Origin: an uncultured Chlamydiae bacterium
Lineage (GTDB): Bacteria; Chlamydiota; Chlamydiia; Chlamydiales; SM23-39
Direction: 5' to 3'
Assembly: GCA_963828125.1 (NCBI GenBank)
Contig: CAWHDP010000002.1
Span: forward strand, 1,472,001 to 1,536,000
Length of the DNA stretch: 64,000 nucleotides
Part shown: positions 10,002 through 20,020 of the stretch, piece by piece
Numbering within the stretch: the first letter of the stretch is position 1
Layout of the letters: the number at the start of each line of letters is the position of its first letter
The notes under the pieces: generated by a model
Seen by the model: only the letters and a program-made list of their open reading frames with translations
The model's database searches: none
What the model was told of the DNA's origin: nothing
Program-made: the position numbers and the translations under genes

Positions 10002-10870
10002 AGCGCCTGATCCTTTCTAGAGACTGTTTTTTCTTCGATCAGACCCTGGCTATTGCATAGGGTGAGCCGGACATGTCCTGACAGTTTTAGCGGATGGCGG
10101 ACAATCCTTGCTATGGACGAATTCCCTGGCTTTTTTGACACAATTAAGTAACAGAACTTCTCATCTTCATAACCGAGGGTTCCCTCTTTTAGCGCTCTAT
10201 GCAACCTTGTCCTCTCGATCCGCGCTGAAAAATGGCACCAATCGCCCCCTTGAATGGGGCAGGCAAGAGCATGAGGGCATGGGGCGATCAAATGGGCTCC
10301 CTGATCGATCAACGCCTGTCGGATTTTGCGGATGAGCAGAAAACCTTTTGGCGTTCCTGGTTCTATGATCACTAACAGAGGGGCCGCGTCCCACGCTTTT
10401 TGCACAATGGCGAGCGGATTGTCCAGTTCTCCGAGTACATATGACAAAATGGCGACATCACCGTTTGGGATCGGCGCCTCTAACGACTGTTCGAGCCACA
10501 CCGCATCTCGCAACTTGGGGTGAAACGTTCCGAGTTCTTTTCCGAGTTCAACCGCTTTTGAGCTTTTTTCGATCAACGTTATCCTCTCCACAGCGTCGAC
10601 AGCCGCCCATGACGCGGTGCCCGGGCCTGCTCCCAAATCGAGCAAGTGGCCACCTAGATCTATCCCCTCGAGCGCTTTGCGGACAGCTGCGTAGGTAGCA
10701 GGCATTCGGGCCCCCAAGTAGGCGAGCCGCTTGGCCTCATCGGAGAAAGGGGAGACTCGTCCCTCTCTGTAATCTTGGCTGAGCCCCTCTCTGGCCTTTC
10801 GGAGAGCGTTTTGAGGTGTTTTTTCTAAAATTTGGTTAATAGCCGATTGAAGCTCTTCGGGCAGTTGCAT
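9959..10870 (-). CDS. Rsm22/METTL17-like methyltransferase
   Basis: AYLGARMPATY, LDLGAGPGT, IEPGTPKGF, APCPH..CP..WCHF, YEDEKF. Confidence 0.88.
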   Translation of the reverse strand: MQLPEELQSAINQILEKTPQNALRKAREGLSQDYREGRVSPFSDEAKRLAYLGARMPATYAAVRKALEGIDLGGHLLDLGAGPGTASWAAVDAVERITLIEKSSKAVELGKELGTFHPKLRDAVWLEQSLEAPIPNGDVAILSYVLGELDNPLAIVQKAWDAAPLLVIIEPGTPKGFLLIRKIRQALIDQGAHLIAPCPHALACPIQGGDWCHFSARIERTRLHRALKEGTLGYEDEKFCYLIVSKKPGNSSIARIVRHPLKLSGHVRLTLCNSQGLIEEKTVSRKDQALYRWARNAEWGDVM

Positions 10871-10887
10871 AGGGGGGGATTATACTC

Positions 10888-11793
10888 TCAACGGATTTTG
10901 AGAGCTACCTTAGCGGAGAGACCTGGTTTTAAGGGAGCGCCGCTATTTTCAATGGAAATTTTGATAGGAACCGATATTTTTTCAAGGGAAAAGGGGAGTT
11001 GAGTATTTTTTGCCACTGTGGCAGAGCCGATATAGGTGACCTGTCCGACGAATTTTTTTTGGGGGTAGGCATTTAGTCGGATCGAGGCTGGGGTGCCGAT
11101 AGAGATCTGTCCGATTGCGGTTTCTGGGACCTCGGCCTCGATCCAGAGGCGCTCGAGATCGCAGAGGGTATAGATTGGATCGCCGAAGGAGACAACCGCC
11201 CCCTCATTGGCAAAGCGTTTGAGGATGACCCCGTCGAACGGAGCGGGGAAGGAGGTTTTTTTGAAGTCTTTTTCGAAGAGAGCGAGCTCTTTTTTCAAGC
11301 TTTCAGATTTGGCAGCGGCCTCTTCCGACTTGAGTTGGGCCTCTTCCAGGAAACCCAGCTGTTTTTGGATATTTTCCGCCGTTCCGGCGCCAGCATCCAA
11401 TTCAGCGATAGCCACCATGGCTTGATTGATTTTCTCCTTTTCGAATTCGAGCTCTTTATTGAGAGCTTCGAGGGCCGATTTGGTTTGAGTCTGTTTAGCG
11501 ATCAGCAGATTTTGATCTAAGGAGAAGAGAGGGGCCCCCTTTTTGATTCGGTCGCCCTCTTGAGGGCCCATTTCGGCGATACGGCCGGCGGCGTCGCTAT
11601 GGAGAACGGAGGAGAAAGCGTTGAGATGAGCGGAAGGGATCCAGAGGTAGGGGCGAACGTTGTGATACCAATAGGCAAAGGCGGTCGAAAAAAGGAGTAA
11701 GGCCAAAAGGGCAAAAAACCGGAGAGACAAGAGGGCCTTCCAATGGAGATTTGGGAGGCTAATGACGATCTTTTTTTGTTCGAGGCTTTGCAT
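10888..11793 (-). CDS. HlyD/EmrA-family periplasmic adaptor (membrane fusion protein)
   Basis: N-terminal TM helix, coiled coil, APFDGV lipoyl-like motif, LKPGLSA end. Confidence 0.85.
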   Translation of the reverse strand: MQSLEQKKIVISLPNLHWKALLSLRFFALLALLLFSTAFAYWYHNVRPYLWIPSAHLNAFSSVLHSDAAGRIAEMGPQEGDRIKKGAPLFSLDQNLLIAKQTQTKSALEALNKELEFEKEKINQAMVAIAELDAGAGTAENIQKQLGFLEEAQLKSEEAAAKSESLKKELALFEKDFKKTSFPAPFDGVILKRFANEGAVVSFGDPIYTLCDLERLWIEAEVPETAIGQISIGTPASIRLNAYPQKKFVGQVTYIGSATVAKNTQLPFSLEKISVPIKISIENSGAPLKPGLSAKVALKIR

Positions 11794-11814
11794 GATTCAA
11801 AGGATAAGGAAAAG

Positions 11815-13059
11815 TCAACGATGTTTCAAGGTAAAATAGTAAATCGCGGCTGCGGCAAGGCACGTTCCTGCGGCGAAAAGGAAAGGGAGCTGCAGAGAGT
11901 ATTGGAAAGCGATCCCTCCGACTGCGGGGCCGATGGCCATGGCGAAGGATTGGAGAGATTGGCTCACTCCCAAGATTTTCCCCTGCATTTGTTTTGGGGA
12001 GATGCTGGAGATGAGACCTGTGCAAATCGGCCAAGCCAGGCCGCCTAAGATGACGGATAAGCCGACGATGGCCAAGACGAAATAGATTTTGTCTGGAACA
12101 ATCACTAAGCCGCAAAGGATGGTGAATCCGACTAGGCAGACCTCGAGGATGCGCATTGATTGGAATCTGCTGGCGAGAAATTTGTTCAAGTATCCGGAGC
12201 CGATCGCCCAGCAGATTCCCATAAAGAGGGCGAGATCTCCGATATTCGAGCTCGTGAAGAAGAATTTTTCAACGGTGAGGACGGGAATGAATTGGAAAAG
12301 GATGACCCAGGCGAAGAGGAAGAGGAAATAGACTGCGTAGATTCTTTTGATGTTTTCAGTTTTCAGGGCGAGTTGGATATGGCGAAACGATTCGAAAAAG
12401 TGGAATCTGACCGAAGGGTGGACGACCGAAGTCTCTCTGAATCCGAAGACGACGAACAAGAGATTGAGGAAAGTGAGGGAAGCGGCGATCCAAAGAGGGA
12501 GGTTGGGAGAAAAATAGGAACTCAGAGTGCTATCTGAGAGTTTGCCGCCGAAAAAGGCCCCTACGAGGAAAGCGACCCCTGCGACCATGGAGAGGTAGCC
12601 GAAATTTTTGACTTTGACCGTCTCATTATCGCTTAAGTCGGAGATGCAGCTTAAGCAGATAGTTGTGCTGCTGGCAAAAAGGCCTGTGATCAGCCGTCCC
12701 GCAAAGAGGAGAGCGAGGAGATTGAGTTGGACGGCATACGCGCTTAGAGAGAGGCCGATCAAGGTGAAGAAGACCCCGATCATCAATGCCTTTCTTCGGC
12801 CGTGCTTATCGGCGTATTCTCCCATGAGCGGGGCTCCCAAAAATTGACCAAAGGAGAACGCCATGAGGAAGAAGCCCAAAAGCATCGTCCGGGTTCCGGT
12901 TGGGACGTCTGCGCTAAAGACTAGGTTTCCTGGGTCTAGAAAATAGGGGGCGAAAATGGGGAAGACCACCGCCCAGCTGAGATTATCGATGAAAAAAGTC
13001 AGGTAGACCGAGATCAGAGTGAATTTATTTTTTTTAACAGTCATGACCGGATGGCCCAA
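11815..13059 (-). CDS. MFS efflux transporter (DHA1/TetA-like)
   Basis: 12 TM helices; GEYADKHGRRK motif A. Confidence 0.9.
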   Translation of the reverse strand: MGHPVMTVKKNKFTLISVYLTFFIDNLSWAVVFPIFAPYFLDPGNLVFSADVPTGTRTMLLGFFLMAFSFGQFLGAPLMGEYADKHGRRKALMIGVFFTLIGLSLSAYAVQLNLLALLFAGRLITGLFASSTTICLSCISDLSDNETVKVKNFGYLSMVAGVAFLVGAFFGGKLSDSTLSSYFSPNLPLWIAASLTFLNLLFVVFGFRETSVVHPSVRFHFFESFRHIQLALKTENIKRIYAVYFLFLFAWVILFQFIPVLTVEKFFFTSSNIGDLALFMGICWAIGSGYLNKFLASRFQSMRILEVCLVGFTILCGLVIVPDKIYFVLAIVGLSVILGGLAWPICTGLISSISPKQMQGKILGVSQSLQSFAMAIGPAVGGIAFQYSLQLPFLFAAGTCLAAAAIYYFTLKHR

Positions 13060-13742
13060 TCGATGGGGCTTTTACCGTGTTTTTTTAAAAAATCGTTGGT
13101 TTTAGAGAAGTGGCGACACCCCAAAAAGCCTGTATGTGCTGAAAAGGGGGAAGGGTGAGGCGCTGTTAAGACGAGATGGCGAGACGAATGGGAACCGATG
13201 TGTTCGAATTTTTCGGCAGCCGACCTGCCCCAAAGGATAAAGACGATGGGATCTGGGCGGGAGCAGAGGAGCTGAACGACCCTGTCGGTAAAGAGTTCCC
13301 AGCCCTTGCCGAAGTGAGATTTTGGCTCGCCGGAGCGGACAGTCAGCGTCGCATTGAGAAGCAAGACCCCTTGTTTGGCCCAATCGATCAGGCAGCCATG
13401 GGTAGGCGGAGGGACGCCGAGATCGTCTCTGAGTTCTTTAAAAATATTTTGGAGGGACGGCGGAGGGGCGATCCCCTTTGGGACACTGAAGGAAAGGCCA
13501 TGGGCCTGGCCCGCTCCGTGGTAGGGATCTTGGCCCATGATGAGAACCTTGACCGCATCGAACGGCGTTTGGCAAAAGGCGTTGAAAATCAGCTCGAACG
13601 GGGGATAGATTTCGTAGCCCGCCTTGATTTCTGAGGCGAGGAACGATTCGAGAGCTTGGATATAGGGCTTCTCGAACTCATCTGAGAGTTTTTGAAGCCA
13701 GGAAGCCTCCATGAAAGCGATTTTTTCAGTGACCAGTGCCAT
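13041..13742 (-). CDS. ung: Uracil-DNA glycosylase
   Basis: GQDPYHG, GVLLLNA and HPSPFS motifs. Confidence 0.97.
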   Translation of the reverse strand: MALVTEKIAFMEASWLQKLSDEFEKPYIQALESFLASEIKAGYEIYPPFELIFNAFCQTPFDAVKVLIMGQDPYHGAGQAHGLSFSVPKGIAPPPSLQNIFKELRDDLGVPPPTHGCLIDWAKQGVLLLNATLTVRSGEPKSHFGKGWELFTDRVVQLLCSRPDPIVFILWGRSAAEKFEHIGSHSSRHLVLTAPHPSPFSAHTGFLGCRHFSKTNDFLKKHGKSPIDWAIRS

Positions 13743-13794
13743 CGTTCAGATGAGCTTAACAGCGAAGCTTTTTTTCAGCAAAGAGATCGATGCC

Positions 13795-13824
13795 TTGACA
13801 GAAAGAAATCTGAACGACTACTAT
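13795..13824 (+). promoter_or_regulatory. Sigma70/66-type promoter for the small ORF and tRNA-Pro
   Basis: TTGACA-N18-TACTAT. Confidence 0.6.
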
Positions 13825-13847
13825 TTACACTTTTCACGGAGCTTCAT

Positions 13848-14135
13848 TTGAAAAACCTGGCAGAAAACAATTTGATCCGATTTACCAACATAACGCGGAA
13901 GAAAGACGCGATTTTTGCGAATTTCAGGGTGAAAGGGCTGAGGAACGGAGTGGTTTTTTCGGCGTCGATTTCGGTCGATATCACAGCGCTAGAGCTCCAT
14001 CCTGGAGACACGTTGGAAAAGATCGTTGAAGAATGCGCTCGCCACGGGGTCAAAGAATTCAAGAAGTCCGAGATTCAATTTGAAGGACTCGCAGCAGCAA
14101 TGTCCGATCATCTGGGTGTAGCGCAGCTTGGCTAG
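13848..14135 (+). CDS. Small conserved-looking hypothetical protein; stop codon lies inside tRNA-Pro
   Basis: GGAG RBS before TTG at 13848; divergent from ung; 95 aa. Confidence 0.65.
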   Translation: MKNLAENNLIRFTNITRKKDAIFANFRVKGLRNGVVFSASISVDITALELHPGDTLEKIVEECARHGVKEFKKSEIQFEGLAAAMSDHLGVAQLG

Positions 14136-14186
14136 CGCGTTTGCATGGGGTGCAAGAGGTCGGAGGTTCAAATCCTCTCACCCAGA
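14112..14186 (+). tRNA. tRNA-Pro(GGG)
   Basis: Cloverleaf: CTGGGTG/CACCCAG acceptor stem, GCGC D-stem, anticodon loop ATGGGGT, T-loop TTCAAAT; CCA not encoded. Confidence 0.96.
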
Positions 14187-14249
14187 TTCTTTTTTATTAG
14201 GGAGTTACGATAAATCTCGCATTCAAAAAATATCCGAAAAATCGCTTGC

Positions 14250-14268
14250 GTGGCGGATATGTGGCGGA
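14250..14268. repeat. GTGGCGGA direct repeat pair (integrase arm-type site candidate)
   Basis: Copies at 14250 and 14261 (11-bp period), about 65 bp past the tRNA. Confidence 0.5.
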
Positions 14269-14329
14269 CAGATCCTCGATCGTTAAAGACCTACCTTTGC
14301 GATATGCTTCCTCTACCCATTATTTGAAA

Positions 14330-15013
14330 TTACAACGCCTCTTCCAACAGCTGTCCATTTTCCTTTAGCCAGTCCCTTGCCTTGTCGACATTCGCGATTT
14401 GGGAGCGAACGATGTTCCAGAAGCGGGGTGTGTGGTTTGCCTCGATAAAGTGAGCGAGTTCGTGGATGATAACGTAGTCGATAACAAACATGGGAGCTTT
14501 GATTAGTCTCCAGTTGAGGTTGATGTTATCATTCACTGTGCATGAACCCCAACGGTAGCGCTCATCGACAATCTTGACCTGGGCGACGTCAACACCCAAA
14601 TGAGCAGCATATCGCTTTACGCGTGGAGCGAGCTTCTCTTTAGCCCTACTAATATACCATCCCCGTAATGGCTCGATTCCACTTTTTGCTAGAGCTTCCG
14701 GGATCAAGAAGCGCTGAGAGAATCGAATGTGAGATCGTTTGCCTCTAACTATCTCGATGCGGTAGAAACGGCCCAAATAGAGGGCCGATTCTCCATTGAC
14801 GAGCTCCTTGCCGGGGCCGTGCGGCAGCCTCTGATATTTCTGCGGATGCGTAATCTTTTCACAAATCCACTTCTGCTTCGACTGCACAATTTGATCGATG
14901 TCATGGTCTGTTATTCCTTCTGGAACATGAATTATTACACTGCTGTCTCGCTCGACGGTAATGGTCAACTTGCGTCGCTTTGCGGATCGGACAACCGTGT
15001 AGTTGAAATTCAT
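14330..15013 (-). CDS. M48/SprT-like (YgjP/DUF45) metallohydrolase
   Basis: RWGSC, DYVIIHELAH zinc motif; usual position after hsdR. Confidence 0.9.
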   Translation of the reverse strand: MNFNYTVVRSAKRRKLTITVERDSSVIIHVPEGITDHDIDQIVQSKQKWICEKITHPQKYQRLPHGPGKELVNGESALYLGRFYRIEIVRGKRSHIRFSQRFLIPEALAKSGIEPLRGWYISRAKEKLAPRVKRYAAHLGVDVAQVKIVDERYRWGSCTVNDNINLNWRLIKAPMFVIDYVIIHELAHFIEANHTPRFWNIVRSQIANVDKARDWLKENGQLLEEAL

Positions 15014-18000
15014 GGGGATTTCTCCGCGTAGAGGATAGTATCGTTATTCTTTTCCGCGATTTCCATAATTCGACTCAAAATATGTGTCCATTTTTCGAAG
15101 ATACTGGGGAGGTCCTTAAATTCTTGTGCGAGCAGAGTTTTCTGTACTTCTCCCTTTAGCTTATTGCGGGCAGGGATGCTCTCCCAGAATCCTTGTAGTC
15201 TAAGCTCGCGCTCCACGATGATGTAGACGTGTTGGGTCAGCCTGACGAGCATGGAAATGTCATCTTCCGTGAGAGCCTCTTCACCAAATAGCTCTCGTTT
15301 GAACATTCTGAAAAAAGGCATCTCTTTCTTGCGATGAAGTCCATAAGTGGGTTCTTTTGCAGTTCTTTTGATCTCTTCCCGTAGCTTTTCCAGCTCCTCA
15401 TATATCGCTTGCCAGTTGTTCTTAAATTGTTCAAGAATTGCTGCGAGCGCCTCAGAAAAGGTCGCTTGTAACTCGGGGTCGTCATCCAGCTCCACTTCAA
15501 GATGATGACGGATCGCGTGTTCGATCTCAGCTGCCTTGGTTTTAATGCGGTCGTGGGCGTTCACCTGCTTTTGGAAGTCGACGTCGAGAATGGAAATGGG
15601 TTCCACTGTCTGCTCGATGCCCCTAGACACCAGATAGTCATCAATGAGGGCGCGCAACTTGGCTGGGATGCCCTTCATGCTGAGTCGCTGGTCGCGGAGG
15701 TGTTTGCCAGCCATCATATTGATCTCGGCGAGGGCTTGATACTCCCTCATATACTCAAGCGCTTGAGGGGCTGGAAATACAAGATTCAAGTGTCGTGTTA
15801 ATTCCCTAAACCGCTCCATATAGGCGAATCGGATGTCTTCATCGTAGAAGAGGTCGAAGAAGGCGTCATGATCGGTAAGATCGGTGAGTCCGTGTTCTTT
15901 CAGAAAAGCTATTACAGCGTTGCGACTATCTGCTAGTTGGTGCAGCTCCTCTTGAGGAGAGCTCATGGCGTCTAATATTTCTTTCTGCTCTCTTTCGTCA
16001 TAGCAATCGATCGCTCGTTTTAGGTGATGTCCCACCCCGACGTAATCGACGACAAGACCTTTGTCTTTCCCTGGACCAGCGACCCGGTTAACGCGTGCAA
16101 TCGCCTGCAATAAATTATGAGCTGTGATCGTTTTGTCTAGATACATGACTTGCTCAACGGGTGCATCGAAACCTGTTAGCAGCATGCTATTGACGATTAG
16201 GATTCCTATATTGCCAGTTATCCCGTCCTCTTTGCTACCAAAAGACATCTTAAAGCTTTTGATGCTGGTTTCATGTTTAGAGGGGTCGGTAAACGGCTTT
16301 AGGTCTGGTCCATCATTGGTGCTACCTGAGATTATGACATCAGTCTGTAGAGAACGAAGAAGATCGAGATCCAGCTTACGGGGGTTCTGTTGTTCAAGCC
16401 TTTCGAGTGACTTCGCTAACGCTGCGTCGACATGCTTCTTGTAACGAACAGCAGCCTCACGTGAGGCAGCGACGATTTGCGCTTTGAATTTATTGGGAAA
16501 GACGTGATCGAGGTAGTGGCCTACCATATGTTCTGCTTTCGCTGCGATTGTCTTGTGTGCTTCTAGATAAGCCAGTTTTGACCCATAGCCAAGAATCTGC
16601 ATTCTCTGATCGATGTTGTAATCGCTGAAAACATCTTCGAACGCCGCATCCATCGCTTCAGGATCAGGAACCTCTGCATTATTTGTCTGTCCTTCATAGA
16701 TAACCTCGAGAGTTACTCCGTCATCAATTGCTTGACGCATGGTATACTTATCGATGTAGTCACCGAAAACTTTCTCGGTCTTGTCTATGGGAGTTCCGGT
16801 ATACGCGATATGAGAAGCATAGGGGATCGCGTTTGCCAGGTTGGCCCGAAGTGTTAGGTACTGTGACCGATGCGCTTCGTCTGTCATGACTAGAATATGT
16901 GAACTTTCATTCAGTCTTGGGAAGGTGTAGTTCAGATCTGCTTCCCGGAATTTGTGAATCATCGCCATCACTAGGTCTGACGTATCGCTCCTCAGGAGAT
17001 CTTTGAGCTCCTTGATGCTGTTGGCCTGTTTGACAGTGAAGCCAATGCTTTTGCTGGTATCCTTCAGCTGCCCTTCGAGCTGCGTCCGGTCGGTGATAAA
17101 GACAATCTTCCAATGGGAGAGGTTGGAGTGTCGGTACATCTCCCGTACCATGAACATCATCGTGAGCGACTTGCCAGAGCCTTGAGTATGCCACACGATC
17201 CCGCTGCGCTCCATGGGACTCTGACCAGTTAGCAAGCGTTTGACAGCTAATTTGACAGCGCGGAACTGCTGATAGCGTCCGACGATTTTGATCATTTCAC
17301 CCTTATCATTAGTCGAAAAAAGGGTGAATGTCCGGATTAGATCGAGCAGGTTCTGGTGGTCCAGCATCCCTGCGACGAGTCGTTGCTGGTCGTTGGGACT
17401 ACTCACACCGCGAGCCAAATCGTCGAGTGTGCGCGGGTATGGATCTGCCCAGCGGTAAAAGTACTTTTCACTGTGGGTGGTAATTGTTCCAAACTTGGCT
17501 TCATTGCGGCAGGTTACGACTACAAACTGATTATAGAAAAAGAGAAGAGGAGATCCTTCGCCCTTGTTGTTTCGTTGCTCGCTATACCGCAAGAGCTGGT
17601 CTATCGCTTCTGGAATGGGCTCTTTGACTTTGGGCGATTTACATTCGATCACGACGACCGGCAGTCCATTGATAAACAATACGATGTCGGGAATAATGTG
17701 GTGTTCCGTGCCGAGAATTCGGATCTTGTATTGGCAGACGGCGATGAAGCTATTCTTCTTGGGATTAGTAAAGTCAATAAAGCGTACTGTTGGGCTTTTT
17801 TCTCCCGTTTTACGGTTCTCACTTACATTGCTATTTTCGAGCAATAGATCAAACACTTGTCGATTATTCTCCAGGAGACCTGCCTGCATAAAGTTGGCCG
17901 TGAGCTGGCGAATGACTTCATCGAGCTGATCTTCTGCTAGCCAGGGATTGATGACCTTAAGCTGATCGCGCAGTACCGGCTCCATGATCACCTCGGTAAA

Positions 18001-18147
18001 TGATTGGCGATAGGTGTCGCTAACTTCCTGTTTCTGATCGAGATCAAGAACCGTCCAACCCAATCCTTGGAGCTGTTCTAGTAGGGGCTTCTCTACATGG
18101 TTGCGCTCATCAATTCTGATGTATTCCGGCGTTTTATCTTTAGTCAT
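15010..18147 (-). CDS. hsdR: Type I restriction endonuclease subunit R
   Basis: PD...IECK nuclease motif; HTQGSGKS, DEAH, TGTP and QAIARVNR helicase motifs. Confidence 0.96.
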   Translation of the reverse strand: MTKDKTPEYIRIDERNHVEKPLLEQLQGLGWTVLDLDQKQEVSDTYRQSFTEVIMEPVLRDQLKVINPWLAEDQLDEVIRQLTANFMQAGLLENNRQVFDLLLENSNVSENRKTGEKSPTVRFIDFTNPKKNSFIAVCQYKIRILGTEHHIIPDIVLFINGLPVVVIECKSPKVKEPIPEAIDQLLRYSEQRNNKGEGSPLLFFYNQFVVVTCRNEAKFGTITTHSEKYFYRWADPYPRTLDDLARGVSSPNDQQRLVAGMLDHQNLLDLIRTFTLFSTNDKGEMIKIVGRYQQFRAVKLAVKRLLTGQSPMERSGIVWHTQGSGKSLTMMFMVREMYRHSNLSHWKIVFITDRTQLEGQLKDTSKSIGFTVKQANSIKELKDLLRSDTSDLVMAMIHKFREADLNYTFPRLNESSHILVMTDEAHRSQYLTLRANLANAIPYASHIAYTGTPIDKTEKVFGDYIDKYTMRQAIDDGVTLEVIYEGQTNNAEVPDPEAMDAAFEDVFSDYNIDQRMQILGYGSKLAYLEAHKTIAAKAEHMVGHYLDHVFPNKFKAQIVAASREAAVRYKKHVDAALAKSLERLEQQNPRKLDLDLLRSLQTDVIISGSTNDGPDLKPFTDPSKHETSIKSFKMSFGSKEDGITGNIGILIVNSMLLTGFDAPVEQVMYLDKTITAHNLLQAIARVNRVAGPGKDKGLVVDYVGVGHHLKRAIDCYDEREQKEILDAMSSPQEELHQLADSRNAVIAFLKEHGLTDLTDHDAFFDLFYDEDIRFAYMERFRELTRHLNLVFPAPQALEYMREYQALAEINMMAGKHLRDQRLSMKGIPAKLRALIDDYLVSRGIEQTVEPISILDVDFQKQVNAHDRIKTKAAEIEHAIRHHLEVELDDDPELQATFSEALAAILEQFKNNWQAIYEELEKLREEIKRTAKEPTYGLHRKKEMPFFRMFKRELFGEEALTEDDISMLVRLTQHVYIIVERELRLQGFWESIPARNKLKGEVQKTLLAQEFKDLPSIFEKWTHILSRIMEIAEKNNDTILYAEKSP

Positions 18148-20020
18148 GAGGTTTTTCTATATTCTGTGTCGGCGTCCGTACCGTCCGGTATGCTTGATCT
18201 ACTCGATTGGGTTTGTCGGGATAGCGCAGTTCAAGTCGACCATGTTCAACCATAGGCGTCAAAAATCGCGTTAGTATTCCTTCGTGATTTCGGTTTATAA
18301 GTTCAGCGATCTGACGTCTAGTAAGCCAATGGTCTTTGCAAATATTTAGTATAATTTTTTCCATCTCCTTGTGATTCAGTTGTTTAGAATTTCTTGCCGG
18401 AGACGCGATATTTTCGAGTTGGGTCCAGAGCTCCTGAGGAATCTCACCCACCTGTAGGGAGTCAGATCCCGAATGTAGGGAGTGATCAGGTACATGTAGG
18501 GAGTCAGATCCCGGATGTAGGGAGTCGATATCTAGGGGCAGTGAGTATTGCGTCCAGCGCCCTTGGCCATCCTGTCGTAGAGCCCCTTGAGCGACCAGCC
18601 CCTGGAGAATCTTAGTGATATCAGCAGCGTGGAGACCGGTAAATTGGCGCATACGCGCGTTATCCACATAACCCTCGATATCCGCAGTTACTAGAGCTTG
18701 TACCTCAACTTTCCGAAATTTTGAGAACCTATCGCCAAATTTAATTTTGAGTTTGTTTAGGGATTTATCTGGAATAAGACTTATCATCGGAAGCGTCCAA
18801 ATCACTCGATCCGGATGCATCCGTTCTCTGACAATTGGCAAACGCCAGTGTTGTGAATTCCAACCGGCTTTGATTTTATCGATCCCCGATCCAGCTCGTT
18901 CAGCAGCGCCAATCATTGTAAACATGAGCTGTAAGGATTTATTTCTGCATTCGCTAACACCCCCTTCAAGGATCTGATCAAAGGAAATGAGCAGAGAGCC
19001 CGGATTTGAGAATTCGAAATGATCGGGATATTTTTCGATGACAATGCCACCTTGCCCTTGGTAATCAGCATGGATGAGAGCATTTACAAGAGCTTCTCTG
19101 ATTGCCACATGGACAATCGATTCTCCTTTGCGCATCATATCCCTATCCAATTCAAAAGGAAGTTTCAGATCTGCGGCCAACTTTTGAATCACCCGGTGGT
19201 AGAATTGATAGAGATTGCCTGGCCATGTCCCATCTTGAGTAAGCCGATCTGTCCAGCGAATTGCAGGATCAAGAGACAACCTTTCACGAAAATCGGTCTG
19301 ATATTGCGGCATAGCCTCACGAATGGTCTCATCCCGCCCAAACATCAGAAGCCCTGCAATGGTAAGGCCTTCAATGCCACTTTTGCGACACTCCCGCCAG
19401 CCATTGAGCTTCTTAAGTAGACCTATATCGTCATCTGCTAGCCAGGGATGACTAGGATGACGCGAAGAGAGGCGGTTTCGGTACTGATGAAGACTTTGAA
19501 GATCAAGGTCACCAATAGTGAATTTTTCGAGAATGCAGCTATCCGCCGATTCCTCTGAACTATCGGCCAGCATGCGACGCACCTCCCGTTCTGTGCAGTG
19601 ATAATCACCTTCATAGTCGCGGCGATAGGTACCAGTTAAGGGATTTTGTCCAACGTATACAGGACGCGCTCGACGATCTGCACGAGGAATGCGGATAGCG
19701 ATTAGGTCGCCATGAGGATGTTTGACGACCTGTAGATCGGCGTTAGACAACAGATTAATGTTTACGACTTGTCGGTTGTTGACAGAGTCCCAAAATTGCT
19801 TTTTAGTCTTTTCGATATGATCGATTCCATGAACCGAGCCATCATCTGCTACCCCGAGCAGAATCACTCCACCTTGCGTATTAGCCATGGCACTATAAGT
19901 TTCCCAGAGATCGCGGGGAACGCCGCTTTTGGCTGACTTAAATTCTAGGTCTTCGTTCTCGCTCCAAGTGAGTTTAGCAAGAATTTCAATGGGATTGATG
20001 GTGTTCTCTTCTTGTGTCAT
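18140..20020 (-). CDS. Schlafen/AlbA_2 domain + HATPase_c_4 (RecG C-terminal-like) + wHTH protein
   Basis: ENEDLEFKS, SAMANTQGGVILLGV, REALVNALIHADY, NPG, ERAGSGI. Confidence 0.85.
   Translation of the reverse strand: MTQEENTINPIEILAKLTWSENEDLEFKSAKSGVPRDLWETYSAMANTQGGVILLGVADDGSVHGIDHIEKTKKQFWDSVNNRQVVNINLLSNADLQVVKHPHGDLIAIRIPRADRRARPVYVGQNPLTGTYRRDYEGDYHCTEREVRRMLADSSEESADSCILEKFTIGDLDLQSLHQYRNRLSSRHPSHPWLADDDIGLLKKLNGWRECRKSGIEGLTIAGLLMFGRDETIREAMPQYQTDFRERLSLDPAIRWTDRLTQDGTWPGNLYQFYHRVIQKLAADLKLPFELDRDMMRKGESIVHVAIREALVNALIHADYQGQGGIVIEKYPDHFEFSNPGSLLISFDQILEGGVSECRNKSLQLMFTMIGAAERAGSGIDKIKAGWNSQHWRLPIVRERMHPDRVIWTLPMISLIPDKSLNKLKIKFGDRFSKFRKVEVQALVTADIEGYVDNARMRQFTGLHAADITKILQGLVAQGALRQDGQGRWTQYSLPLDIDSLHPGSDSLHVPDHSLHSGSDSLQVGEIPQELWTQLENIASPARNSKQLNHKEMEKIILNICKDHWLTRRQIAELINRNHEGILTRFLTPMVEHGRLELRYPDKPNRVDQAYRTVRTPTQNIEKPHD
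18453..18526. repeat. Four-copy 21-bp coding tandem repeat (DSLH heptads)
   Basis: TGTAGGGAGT at 18453, 18474, 18495 and 18516. Confidence 0.9.
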
